DNA from: Eubacteriales bacterium
GTDB taxonomy: Bacteria > Bacillota > Clostridia > Lachnospirales > Lachnospiraceae
Assembly: GCA_044425575.1 (NCBI GenBank)
Contig: JAWXVE010000001.1
Coordinates: 13,268-77,267 of the forward strand
Direction of reading: 5' to 3'
Length of the DNA: 64,000 bases
This document shows, in pieces, positions 37,211 to 46,398 of the stretch. Position 1 is the first letter of the stretch. Each line of letters begins with the position of its first letter. Below the pieces are notes generated by a model that saw nothing but the letters and a program-made list of their open reading frames with translations, was not told the DNA's origin and searched no databases. The translations under genes and the position numbers were made by a program.

Positions 37211-37599
37211 AGAGTTTATCACAATATAGACTTGAAATGGCAATGGAGAATTTGGAAGCGGCTAGAGTGCTGTTAAAGGATAATCAGTATAAGTCATCGA
37301 TAAATCGCTCATATTATGCGATTTTTCACGCGCTTCGTGCAGTGACGGTATTAGAGAATTTTGACTCAAGTAAGCATTCTGGAATTATAGCATTTTTTAA
37401 TCGTCATTATGTAAAAGAGGGGATTTTTGGTAAAGAATTGTCGAAAATTATTGATTCATCGTATCGTTTAAGAGAGAAAGCAGATTATCAAGATTTTGTA
37501 ATTGTGTCAAAAGAACAAGCAGAAGAACAATTAAATAAAGCAAAGATTGTGTTAGAACTGATTGGAGAATATTTACGTATGAAGTGGACAGAAGTATGA
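37195..37599 (+). CDS. HEPN-domain protein (toxin-type partner of MNT)
   Basis: 134 aa and predicted all-helical. NRSYYAIFHALRA contains an R-x6-H arrangement. YRLREKADY is typical of HEPN (PF05168-like) proteins. The stop TGA overlaps the next ATG (ATGA at 37596-37599). Confidence 0.7.
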   Translation: MGNSVESLSQYRLEMAMENLEAARVLLKDNQYKSSINRSYYAIFHALRAVTVLENFDSSKHSGIIAFFNRHYVKEGIFGKELSKIIDSSYRLREKADYQDFVIVSKEQAEEQLNKAKIVLELIGEYLRMKWTEV

Positions 37600-38723
37600 A
37601 AATTGCAATGATTGGGCATAAGAGAATTCCCTCTAGAGAAGGTGGCGTAGAGATTGTAGTAGAAGAACTTGCAACAAGAATGGTTGAACTTGGCCATGAA
37701 GTAACTGTCTATAATCGCAAAGGAAGTCATGTGTCAGGGAAAGAGTACGAACAACATAATAAGGATGCAAAGAGCGGAAAGAAGTATAAGGGAATCCGTA
37801 TTGTTAACGTGCCTACATTTCAATCAAGTCAGTTAAATGCTATTATTTACGCAGTGCTAGCTACCATTCATGCAATTTGTAGTAAGTATGATGCGATTCA
37901 CATTCATGCAGAAGGGCCAGCTATTATGTGTGGTCTTACTCGATTATTTAGAAAGCGTACCATAGTAACCATTCATGGGCTAGATTGGCAGAGAGCCAAG
38001 TGGGGTGGATTCGCTACGAAGATGCTCCTATGGGGAGAACGAACTGCATCAAAGTATGCAGATGAAATCATAGTATTATCTGAGAATGTACAGCAATATT
38101 TTAAAGACACCTATGGAAGAGAAACCACGTATGTGCCAAATGGAATTACCATACCAGAGAATCGAGAAGCTGACCTAATCGAGAAAGCATACAGCTTAGA
38201 GAAAGATTCCTACTTGTTGTTTTTAGCAAGAATTGTACCTGAAAAAGGACTTCATTATCTAATAGAATCATATGGTCAGATACACACGGATAAAAAGCTT
38301 GTGATTGCAGGTGGAAGTAGTCATACAGACGATTACTTTGAACAAATACAAGAGATGGCTAGGCAAGATGAACGGATTATCATGACAGGATTTATTATGG
38401 GACAAGCATTGGAAGAATTATACAGTAACGCCTATGTCTATGTGCTTCCTAGCGATGTGGAAGGAATGCCACTAAGCTTGTTAGAAGCAATGAGTTATGG
38501 GAATTGCGTGCTAGTAAGTGATATTTCGGAATGCAGGGAAGTAGTAGGAGAAAATGGCTATTACTTTGCAAAAGGAAATGTACTATCATTAAAGGCAGAA
38601 TTAGAACAGCTACTAGCTAATGAAGATAAAGTGAGAACGATACGCGGGGGAGTAGCGGATGAAGTAGCGAAACGGTTTAACTGGGATGAGATTGTGGAGG
38701 AGACGTTGAGGTTGTATTTATGA
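37596..38723 (+). CDS. GT4 glycosyltransferase with a DUF1972-like N-terminal region (WchF/RgpA-like)
   Basis: KIAMIGHKRIPSREGGVEIVVEELATRM at the N-terminus. LPSDVEGMPLSLLEAMSYGNCVLVSDISECREV. Confidence 0.65.
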   Translation: MKIAMIGHKRIPSREGGVEIVVEELATRMVELGHEVTVYNRKGSHVSGKEYEQHNKDAKSGKKYKGIRIVNVPTFQSSQLNAIIYAVLATIHAICSKYDAIHIHAEGPAIMCGLTRLFRKRTIVTIHGLDWQRAKWGGFATKMLLWGERTASKYADEIIVLSENVQQYFKDTYGRETTYVPNGITIPENREADLIEKAYSLEKDSYLLFLARIVPEKGLHYLIESYGQIHTDKKLVIAGGSSHTDDYFEQIQEMARQDERIIMTGFIMGQALEELYSNAYVYVLPSDVEGMPLSLLEAMSYGNCVLVSDISECREVVGENGYYFAKGNVLSLKAELEQLLANEDKVRTIRGGVADEVAKRFNWDEIVEETLRLYL

Positions 38724-39949
38724 AAATATTAATGGTTAATAAATTTCTCCATGCCAATGGAGGATCTGAAACGTATACCTTTCAACTTGGAGGTTATTTA
38801 AACGAACATGGACACGAAGTTCAGTACTTTGGAATGGACCATCCTCATCGTGTGGTTGGCAATGAATGGGATATCTATACGAATAATATGGACTTTCACA
38901 CCAGTAAATTCCAGAAGCTCTTCTATCCATTTAAGATTCTTTATTCCTTAGAAGCGAAGAAGAAGATAAGAACAATTTTAGCAGAGTTTCATCCAGATGT
39001 GGTTCATGTAAATAACTTCAACTTTCAATTAACGCCGTCTATTTTATACGCAGTGCGTGCATATGATAAGAAACATAGGAAAAAGACACGTATTGTGTTT
39101 ACCGCCCACGATTCCCAACTAGTTTGTCCCAATCATCTTATGTATAATCAACAACTACAATCTGTGTGCGTAAAGTGTATGGAACACACAGTTGGAGCAT
39201 GTAGTAAGTATAAATGCATTCATGGATCAAGGTTAAAAAGTATATTAGGTACTCTAGAAGCACGACTTTATGGCAGATTACACACTTATCGTATGATTGA
39301 TGCGATTATTAGTCCAAGTCAATTCTTAGCCAATCGTTTAGCAACACACCCTGATTTAGCAGGACGAATTTATACTATGACGAATTTTTTGAACCAAGAA
39401 GAGTTGATTCCACCTAGTAAGGGAGTAAAAAGTGAGAGCCCATATGCCTTATATTTTGGTCGATATTCCAGTGAGAAAGGAATTGATTTCTTAACGAACA
39501 TATGCCAAGAGTTGCCCCATGTTTCATTTCGATTTGCAGGTTCTGGACCGCTAGAAGATAGGGTAGAGAAAGTGGCCAATATTACCAATGTTGGGTTTCA
39601 ACAGGGAGAAGACCTTCATCAATTAATAGCAAATGCACAATTTTCCCTATGCACTTCGTCTTGTTATGAAAATTGCCCTTACTCTGTGTTGGAATCCCAA
39701 TATTTGGGAACACCTGTCATTGGAGTGAACCAAGGGGGAGTTTCAGAATTAATTCAAGAAGGGAAAACGGGACTCTTGTATGAACCTCAGAATGGACAAG
39801 AACTAAAAGACAAAATCAACGAGTTGTGGTACAATAGTGAGAAATGTAAGGATATGCAACAAGCATGTACGGAGAAGTCATATGTATCATTAGAAACATA
39901 TGTACGGAAACTGTTACAGAAATATGAAAGTGAGTGTATAGATGGGTAA
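38720..39949 (+). CDS. GT4 glycosyltransferase
   Basis: KILMVNKFLHANGGSETY at the N-terminus. CTSSCYENCPYSVLESQYLGTPVIGVNQGGVSELI. It overlaps the previous gene by 4 nt. Confidence 0.65.
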   Translation: MKILMVNKFLHANGGSETYTFQLGGYLNEHGHEVQYFGMDHPHRVVGNEWDIYTNNMDFHTSKFQKLFYPFKILYSLEAKKKIRTILAEFHPDVVHVNNFNFQLTPSILYAVRAYDKKHRKKTRIVFTAHDSQLVCPNHLMYNQQLQSVCVKCMEHTVGACSKYKCIHGSRLKSILGTLEARLYGRLHTYRMIDAIISPSQFLANRLATHPDLAGRIYTMTNFLNQEELIPPSKGVKSESPYALYFGRYSSEKGIDFLTNICQELPHVSFRFAGSGPLEDRVEKVANITNVGFQQGEDLHQLIANAQFSLCTSSCYENCPYSVLESQYLGTPVIGVNQGGVSELIQEGKTGLLYEPQNGQELKDKINELWYNSEKCKDMQQACTEKSYVSLETYVRKLLQKYESECIDG

Positions 39950-40943
39950 AAGTAACTTACATGGCTCTGTAATTATCACATATCGTTGTAATGCTAAATG
40001 TAATATGTGTGATTGTTTCAGGGATCCAACTAGACCAGAAGAAGAAATTGATTTAGCAACTTTAGAAAAATTACCAAACATGGCTTTCACTAATATTACA
40101 GGTGGAGAGCCTTTTATTCGTCAGGATATTCAAGAGATTGTGGAATTGTTGTATACTAAGACAGAGCGTATTGTAATCTCTACCAATGGATATTTTACCG
40201 ATCGAATTCTAGCACTTTGTGAAAGATTTCCAGAAGTAGGCATTCGCATTAGTATTGAAGGATTAGAAGAAACCAATAATGCTATACGAGGGCTGCCAGA
40301 CGGTTTTAATAGAGGGTATGGAACCCTAAAGAAGCTAGTGGAAATGGACCATAAAGATGTGGGATTTGGTATGACAGTTCAAGATATGAATGCCAAGGAT
40401 TTATTACCACTTTACCAAATGTCGGACGAATTAGGCATGGAGTTTGCTACGGCTACTCTTCATAATTCCTTTTATTTTCGTAAGACAGATAATAAAATTG
40501 ATAATAAACAACACGTTGCCAAGGCGTTTGAAGAATTAATTAATGCTTTATTGCAATCTAAGTCACCGAAGAAATGGGCAAGAGCTTATTTTAATCATGG
40601 ATTAATTAATTATATGTATGGAAATAAGCGATTACTTCCATGTGAAATGGGAACCAACGGCTTCTTCCTAGACCCATATGGGAATGTTCTTCCATGTAAT
40701 GGTAGCACCGAGAAAATGGTAATGGGTAATCTACATGAGGAAAGTTTTGATGTTATTTGGAATTCTAGCCAAGCTAACGAAGTGAGAAGTCAAGTTAAGA
40801 CTTGTGAGAAGCAATGTTGGATGATTGGAAGTGTGTCTCCAGCCATGAAGCAACGTATCTGGGTACCAGGTTGGTGGGTTGTAAAACACAAGTTATTTAA
40901 GAGAAATCGCTATCGTCTTGAGGAACAGAATTATGGAAGATAA
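39942..40943 (+). CDS. radical SAM enzyme with a Cys-rich C-terminal SPASM/twitch-like extension
   Basis: TYRCNAKCNMC is the CX3CX2C cluster motif. ITGGEPF binds SAM. C-terminal LPCEMG...DPYGNVLPCNG...CEKQC carries auxiliary-cluster cysteines. Confidence 0.75.
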   Translation: MGKSNLHGSVIITYRCNAKCNMCDCFRDPTRPEEEIDLATLEKLPNMAFTNITGGEPFIRQDIQEIVELLYTKTERIVISTNGYFTDRILALCERFPEVGIRISIEGLEETNNAIRGLPDGFNRGYGTLKKLVEMDHKDVGFGMTVQDMNAKDLLPLYQMSDELGMEFATATLHNSFYFRKTDNKIDNKQHVAKAFEELINALLQSKSPKKWARAYFNHGLINYMYGNKRLLPCEMGTNGFFLDPYGNVLPCNGSTEKMVMGNLHEESFDVIWNSSQANEVRSQVKTCEKQCWMIGSVSPAMKQRIWVPGWWVVKHKLFKRNRYRLEEQNYGR

Positions 40944-41002
40944 GAGTACGGAGGAGAGGAATAGGCAGATTGCATTATGATAGTAACGATTTTAACGCCC
41001 AC

Positions 41003-42052
41003 CTACAATCCTGCTTCTTTTAGAAATAAAGTTGCAATGGTTTCTAAGTTGTAGCGTTCTCTTCTTGCAATGCCATTCTGTGATAGGCTTTGAGCCAGTT
41101 GAGGATTGTTTGCAATGGTTTCCATGGCAATTACTAGTGCTTGTACATCGTTGACTGGAATGAGTAATCCATTTACCTTGTTGTCAATACAATATTTGGA
41201 GCCACCAATGGGACAATCCGTGGCAATAACAGGAATACCAATGGAATTCGCCTCGATTAAAGAATTGGATAATCCCTCGTAATTCGATGTTGACACATAC
41301 ATGGAATGATTCATAATTTCCTCAAATACATTTTGAGTAAATCCGTGAAATTGGACTTTGTTCTCAATATTTAAAGTATAAGATAATTCCTTTAGTGCAT
41401 CCTCTAGGTGACCTTCCCCATAAAGATGAAGGGAATAATCAGGATGCTTCTGAGAGAAGCTGGCAAATGCTTGGAATAATAAAGGATGGTTTTTCACTTC
41501 TACTAAGCGACCCACGGAGCATATTGCAGGAATGCGTGGACCAGTTGCAATGGGTACATCATGCAAGGATAAGGGGTTTGGAATAACCACACACTTGGAT
41601 TCCATACGTTTTGGAAAGCAGGGAATCATATCAGTTGTTTGACAAATAATCCTCCCACAACAATCATAGGCAAGATTGCGTAGCCAGATATGACGAAATT
41701 CTCTTGGGTCAGTTCGTTCCGAAACGAGCATACGACAATGAAAACCAACTTTTGTAAGAGCTGAATACACTGTTCCCATTACACAGAAGGAGAAAATATA
41801 GGCCCCTTTGTGTTTGGCATAAAACTTTCGCATTCGATAGATTCGTTGTAACGCAGTAAAGGGATTTCCTTTTGTTTCCATGCTGACACTTACCACAGAA
41901 ACATTAGGATGTAGCGGATAAGCAACCGTATTACCACCAAATAATAATATGGTGATTTTATAGCCGCGTTTACAATATTCATTGGCTAATAGCGATACGA
42001 CCTTTTCGGAGCCACCACCTCGCATGTCAGGCAGTACAAATATAATATTCAT
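41003..42052 (-). CDS. GT4 glycosyltransferase (TDCPxGG subfamily), minus strand
   Basis: MNIIFVLPDMRGGGSEKVVSLLANEY and TSNYEGLSNSLIEANSIGIPVIATDCPIGGSKY. It is convergent with the radical SAM gene. Confidence 0.7.
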   Translation of the reverse strand: MNIIFVLPDMRGGGSEKVVSLLANEYCKRGYKITILLFGGNTVAYPLHPNVSVVSVSMETKGNPFTALQRIYRMRKFYAKHKGAYIFSFCVMGTVYSALTKVGFHCRMLVSERTDPREFRHIWLRNLAYDCCGRIICQTTDMIPCFPKRMESKCVVIPNPLSLHDVPIATGPRIPAICSVGRLVEVKNHPLLFQAFASFSQKHPDYSLHLYGEGHLEDALKELSYTLNIENKVQFHGFTQNVFEEIMNHSMYVSTSNYEGLSNSLIEANSIGIPVIATDCPIGGSKYCIDNKVNGLLIPVNDVQALVIAMETIANNPQLAQSLSQNGIARRERYNLETIATLFLKEAGL

Positions 42053-42140
42053 GTAAGTAGACTTCCTTCCCGAATAATGAATAAGGTTCTTACTTATTCT
42101 ACGATATTATAAATGAATAAGCAAGTAAAACAAAAATTAA

Positions 42141-42169
42141 AAGACAAAGGCATATGTTTGTGGTAGAAT
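42141..42169 (+). promoter_or_regulatory. candidate sigma-A promoter for the sulfotransferase-like/ABC operon
   Basis: -35 AAGACA (42141-42146), 17-nt spacer containing TG, -10 TAGAAT (42164-42169). It lies in the divergent intergenic region 42053-42215. Confidence 0.3.
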
Positions 42170-42215
42170 AAAATGGATTTTTAGTTTCTTAGAGATAGAT
42201 GGGAGAGAGTGATAA

Positions 42216-43220
42216 ATGGCACGAGATTATCAATATTTGTCAGTAGCAGGGCATGGTTGGTCAGGTTCCGAAGCATTAATGGATCTGTTAAGGGAATTTG
42301 ATTCCATTGGGGAATTTCGTATGGAGTTTCGTATGTTTCGAGATCCTCATGGAATTATGGATTTAGAATACCAAATGGTAGACCGTTGGGATGCTATTAA
42401 TGTTGACATTGCAATTAAAGAGTTTCTAGAATATATTCAGAAAATTGGAAGAAAGAGAACCAAGTTTACATGGGGATATAATCATGAAGAGGTATTTAAT
42501 GGGAAGTTTTATGAATGTGCAACGAAATTTATTGAAGAGATTACAAGCTATGAATACAATAGCTATTGGTGGTTTGTAGATTACCGAAAGCCTTACTGGG
42601 GATGGATGCGCCAGCGTATCATGCAACGATTTTTTAAGAAAGGCTATGGGGAGAAATCTTACTTTGGTCGTATTACACGGGAAGAATTTCACCTTGCGTC
42701 ACAACATTATATGGAATCCATTATAGAAGCATATAAGGGAGAACGTCATTATGATTACTTCCTTGTAAAGCAATTAGTTTCTGCCACCAATCCATATAAA
42801 ATACTAGATTATTGTCCAGGTGCCAAGATTATGTTAATAGACCGTGACCCAAGAGATAATTATGTGCAAATGATTACAAAGCGGAAATTAATTGGTTACG
42901 ATATAGCAGATTCTCACAATGTGATGAAATATGTGGAGTGGTATAAGGCACAACGTATAAATCCAGTGGAAGATTCTTCGGATTTTCTCTATATTCAGTA
43001 TGAAGACTTAATCTACCACTACGATGAAATGCTTGCTAAAATTGTGGACTTTATGAAAGTAGATGGAATCACATTGAACCATGCAAGGAAGAAGCAATTG
43101 TTCAATCCAGACGTATCCATTCAATACGTAGGTATCTATAAGGATTACCCCTATCAAGATGAGATTCATATCATTGAGAAAGAATTAGCGGCATATTTAT
43201 ATGATAATAAGAGAAAGTGA
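42216..43220 (+). CDS. putative sulfotransferase
   Basis: N-terminal SVAGHGWSGSEAL resembles the 5'-PSB phosphate loop. MLIDRDPRDNYVQM resembles the RxPxDxxxS 3'-PB motif. Soluble, about 330 aa. Confidence 0.4.
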   Translation: MARDYQYLSVAGHGWSGSEALMDLLREFDSIGEFRMEFRMFRDPHGIMDLEYQMVDRWDAINVDIAIKEFLEYIQKIGRKRTKFTWGYNHEEVFNGKFYECATKFIEEITSYEYNSYWWFVDYRKPYWGWMRQRIMQRFFKKGYGEKSYFGRITREEFHLASQHYMESIIEAYKGERHYDYFLVKQLVSATNPYKILDYCPGAKIMLIDRDPRDNYVQMITKRKLIGYDIADSHNVMKYVEWYKAQRINPVEDSSDFLYIQYEDLIYHYDEMLAKIVDFMKVDGITLNHARKKQLFNPDVSIQYVGIYKDYPYQDEIHIIEKELAAYLYDNKRK

Positions 43221-44959
43221 TGGTTCTTACAATGACAACAATTAAAAAAGCAATGACCATTTTTAGTCGTAGACAAAAATTAAGACTAGCATACTTAACA
43301 GTGGTTATTTTTATTGGATCTTTATGTGAATTATTGGGTATTACGGTAATACTCCCATTTATTAATGTGGTATTAGATTCCGATATTATTGAAGAGAATG
43401 CGTATTTGTCCTACGTGTATGATTATCTAGGATTACAATCACCAGAGGAATTCTTAATTGTATTAGGTATTCTGCTAATTGTGGTCTATATTGTTAAGAA
43501 TGTATTTGTAACATATATGTACAATGCTATGTATAAATTTACTTATCGTAGTCAGAGAGATTTATCCATTCGCTTATTGGAAGTCTATATGAAGCAACCG
43601 TATATGTATTTTGTGAGTCACAATAGTGCGGAGTTAATGCGTAATCTAAATCAAGACACCGTACAATTCTTCGAGGTAGTCTTATCGGTCTTACAATTAG
43701 CAGCAGAAGTAACTGTTTGTGTTATGTTAGGCATTTATTTATTCTATAGTGACCCAACAATTACCCTTAGCGTTGTGGTAATTCTAGGGCTATTTATGAT
43801 TACTATATTTCGTGCTACTAGGAATAACCTTAAGAATAAAGGGATTGAATGTAGAACTCATCGAGGAGATATGAATAAATGGATTATGCAATCTACAGGT
43901 GGAATAAAAGAGATTAAAATATTAGGGAATGCAGAATACTTTATGAAACAATATGAGAAGATTTATTACTCCTATGCAGAAAAATTCCGTATTTATCGTG
44001 TCTTATCATTTATCCCAAGAACTATGATGGAATCCCTATGTATTTGTTCGTTACTTGGGGCTGTTATTTATAAAATAAGCACAGGTACTGCTGTGATTTA
44101 CTTTATTCCAACCTTAACTTTATTTGCCTTGGCAGCCTTTCGTTTGCTGCCATCCTTTAATCGAATTACCACCTACATTAGTACCATTATCTTTAATAAG
44201 GCAAGTGTAGATGGAATTTATGAGGATTTACAAACTTTAGCAGTGGACGAATCAGATGAGGAGCAAGGCAATGAAGTGGGAATCACATTTGAGCGTGAGA
44301 TTGCGATTCAGAATCTTTCTTTTTGCTACCCTGAGAAAGACACTGCTGTACTCGAGCAAGCAAACTTTATTATTCCAAAGTCAAAGTCCATTGCGTTTGT
44401 AGGAGCATCAGGGTCAGGTAAGACCACGCTTGCAGATATAATATTAGGAATATTACAACCATCCGGGGGAAGCTTACTGGTGGATGGGGTCACCATCAAT
44501 CCTACTTCACAAAGTTGGCGCAAGAAGCTTGGCTATATACCACAGACTATTTTCTTAATGGATGATACCATACGTCATAATATAGCTCTTGGTATTGAGG
44601 AAAAGCATATTGATGAGAAACGTTTAGAAGAAGCAATAGCAGGTGCACAATTAAAGACTTTTATGGATTCTCTTCCAGAAGGAGAGGATACTATGGTTGG
44701 AGAAAGTGGAGTTCGATTATCAGGGGGACAAAGACAAAGGATTGGCATTGCAAGAGCTTTGTATACCAATCCAGATATTTTAATCTTAGATGAGGCTACT
44801 TCTGCATTAGATAATGAGACAGAAGAAGCAGTTATGGATGCCATTGACCGTTTGGCAGGAACGAAAACATTAATCATTATTGCTCATCGACTAAGTACCA
44901 TTGAAAATTGTGACATTGTATATGAGATTAAAGATGGGAAAGTACGAGCCAATCAATAA
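43220..44959 (+). CDS. fused TMD-NBD ABC exporter (MsbA/PglK-like), copy 2
   Basis: Walker A GASGSGKTT, LSGGQRQRIGIARAL, ILILDEATSALD and IAHRL. N-terminal TMD is paralogous to 30684-32435. ATG 43220 overlaps the upstream TGA. Confidence 0.8.
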   Translation: MVLTMTTIKKAMTIFSRRQKLRLAYLTVVIFIGSLCELLGITVILPFINVVLDSDIIEENAYLSYVYDYLGLQSPEEFLIVLGILLIVVYIVKNVFVTYMYNAMYKFTYRSQRDLSIRLLEVYMKQPYMYFVSHNSAELMRNLNQDTVQFFEVVLSVLQLAAEVTVCVMLGIYLFYSDPTITLSVVVILGLFMITIFRATRNNLKNKGIECRTHRGDMNKWIMQSTGGIKEIKILGNAEYFMKQYEKIYYSYAEKFRIYRVLSFIPRTMMESLCICSLLGAVIYKISTGTAVIYFIPTLTLFALAAFRLLPSFNRITTYISTIIFNKASVDGIYEDLQTLAVDESDEEQGNEVGITFEREIAIQNLSFCYPEKDTAVLEQANFIIPKSKSIAFVGASGSGKTTLADIILGILQPSGGSLLVDGVTINPTSQSWRKKLGYIPQTIFLMDDTIRHNIALGIEEKHIDEKRLEEAIAGAQLKTFMDSLPEGEDTMVGESGVRLSGGQRQRIGIARALYTNPDILILDEATSALDNETEEAVMDAIDRLAGTKTLIIIAHRLSTIENCDIVYEIKDGKVRANQ

Positions 44960-45398
44960 ATTCTCGCACAGCACCATCACCGCCATTTTTCGTACAAATA
45001 TAATCACAGCAAGATTTTACAGGTGTTACGGCATTCTTAGGACATGCCCGAACACCTGCTAATTCAATGGCAGGTAAGTCGTTTAAGTCATCACCTATAT
45101 AGGCGATTTCAGATAAAGAAACACAGAATTCTTTAGCAAGTTCTTTCATAATCACGCTCTTGTCAGAAACATTTTGATAGATGCAAGTAATATTTAATTC
45201 TTTTGCCCGATTCTGCACAATTAAAGATTCTCGACCAGTGATTATAACAGGGGTTATTCCATATTCTGGTAAAATATGGCGTATTCCATAGCCATCGTGA
45301 ATATGGAATGCTTTCATTTGTTCGCCAGTTGGCCCCATATAAATCATACCGTCTGTTAAGGTCCCATCGACATCCATTGCTAATAGTTTAATACTCAT
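44928..45398 (-). CDS. kdsC: 3-deoxy-D-manno-octulosonate 8-phosphate phosphatase (HAD family)
   Basis: LAMDVDGTLTDG (DxDGT), HIHDGYGI, ITGRES and YIGDDLNDLP. It sits downstream of kdsD/kdsA/kdsB. Confidence 0.75.
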   Translation of the reverse strand: MSIKLLAMDVDGTLTDGMIYMGPTGEQMKAFHIHDGYGIRHILPEYGITPVIITGRESLIVQNRAKELNITCIYQNVSDKSVIMKELAKEFCVSLSEIAYIGDDLNDLPAIELAGVRACPKNAVTPVKSCCDYICTKNGGDGAVREFIDWLVLSHL

Positions 45399-45415
45399 TA
45401 ATTTTCATTTTCCTT

Positions 45416-46378
45416 TCACACAATCCCGATATCAAGAATTTTTTGTAAAGTAATTGCACCTACAAGAACGTTGTTTTCATCTACAACTGGAGCGGCAGGG
45501 AAGCGTTTGATTTGTAACAATCTTAGAATATCAATTGCAAGATCATTAGTTGATACGATGGTTGGGTTTTTCGTCATAATTTCATTCACCCCTAAGTTAT
45601 AGATATCAACGCCCTTTTTTAATAAACGACGCAAATCACCATCTGTAATAATTCCAGCTATGGTTCCATCATCATTTAAGATACTTACAATTCCAACATT
45701 TTTCTCACTAAGGCCAATGAGGATATCTGTTAACATGGCACTAGTATGGGTAGTAGGTGTATCGTTGCGAGGAATCATAATATCTTTGACCGTAACAAGC
45801 AAGCGCTTTCCAAGAGCGCCAGCTGGATGATATAACCCAAAGTTGCTTTCCGTAAATCCATATACTTTGGATGCTACAATGGCTAAAGCATCGCCGTATG
45901 CTAAGGCAGCTGTTGTGCTAGAAGAAGGAGCCAATCCAAGGTTACAAGCTTCTTTAAATGGAGGAAATACTTGTCCTACATTGGAATGTCGGATTAGAGT
46001 GGAATCTGCATTGCCAGACACTCCTATGAGAGTAGCTCCAATGGCTTTAATATTAGGGATTAGCTTAATGATTTCATCGCTTTCACCGCTGTAACTAATG
46101 GCAATAATAAGGTCTTCTTCTGAAACCATGCCTAAATCACCATGTAATGCTTCTGCTGGATGAAGGAAGAATGATTGGGTTCCCAAACTTGCCATGGTTG
46201 CAGCAATTTTACTACCAATATGGCTAGATTTTCCCATTCCAGTTATTATCACTTTTCCCTTACAGTGCGTAATTGACTCAAGTATTTCAATAAAAACAGA
46301 GTCTAAGGAATCCCGCACGACTTCTAATGCATTTATTTCTGTATCAATTACTTCTCTTGCTTCTTTTAGTAAATCCAC
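45416..46378 (-). CDS. kdsD: arabinose-5-phosphate isomerase (KpsF/GutQ/KdsD; SIS plus tandem CBS domains)
   Basis: VIITGMGKSSHIGSKIAATMASLGT and ISYSGESDE form the SIS domain. The C-terminus has two CBS-like repeats. Confidence 0.8.
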   Translation of the reverse strand: MDLLKEAREVIDTEINALEVVRDSLDSVFIEILESITHCKGKVIITGMGKSSHIGSKIAATMASLGTQSFFLHPAEALHGDLGMVSEEDLIIAISYSGESDEIIKLIPNIKAIGATLIGVSGNADSTLIRHSNVGQVFPPFKEACNLGLAPSSSTTAALAYGDALAIVASKVYGFTESNFGLYHPAGALGKRLLVTVKDIMIPRNDTPTTHTSAMLTDILIGLSEKNVGIVSILNDDGTIAGIITDGDLRRLLKKGVDIYNLGVNEIMTKNPTIVSTNDLAIDILRLLQIKRFPAAPVVDENNVLVGAITLQKILDIGIV

Positions 46379-46398
46379 TATTTATGCCCCCTAATGTA

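Noticed and set aside
40944-41002. Expected bidirectional terminator between the convergent radical SAM gene and the minus-strand GT4
   Set aside because: No stem-loop of meaningful length or T/A-tract could be found in the 59-nt spacer, so no terminator is reported.
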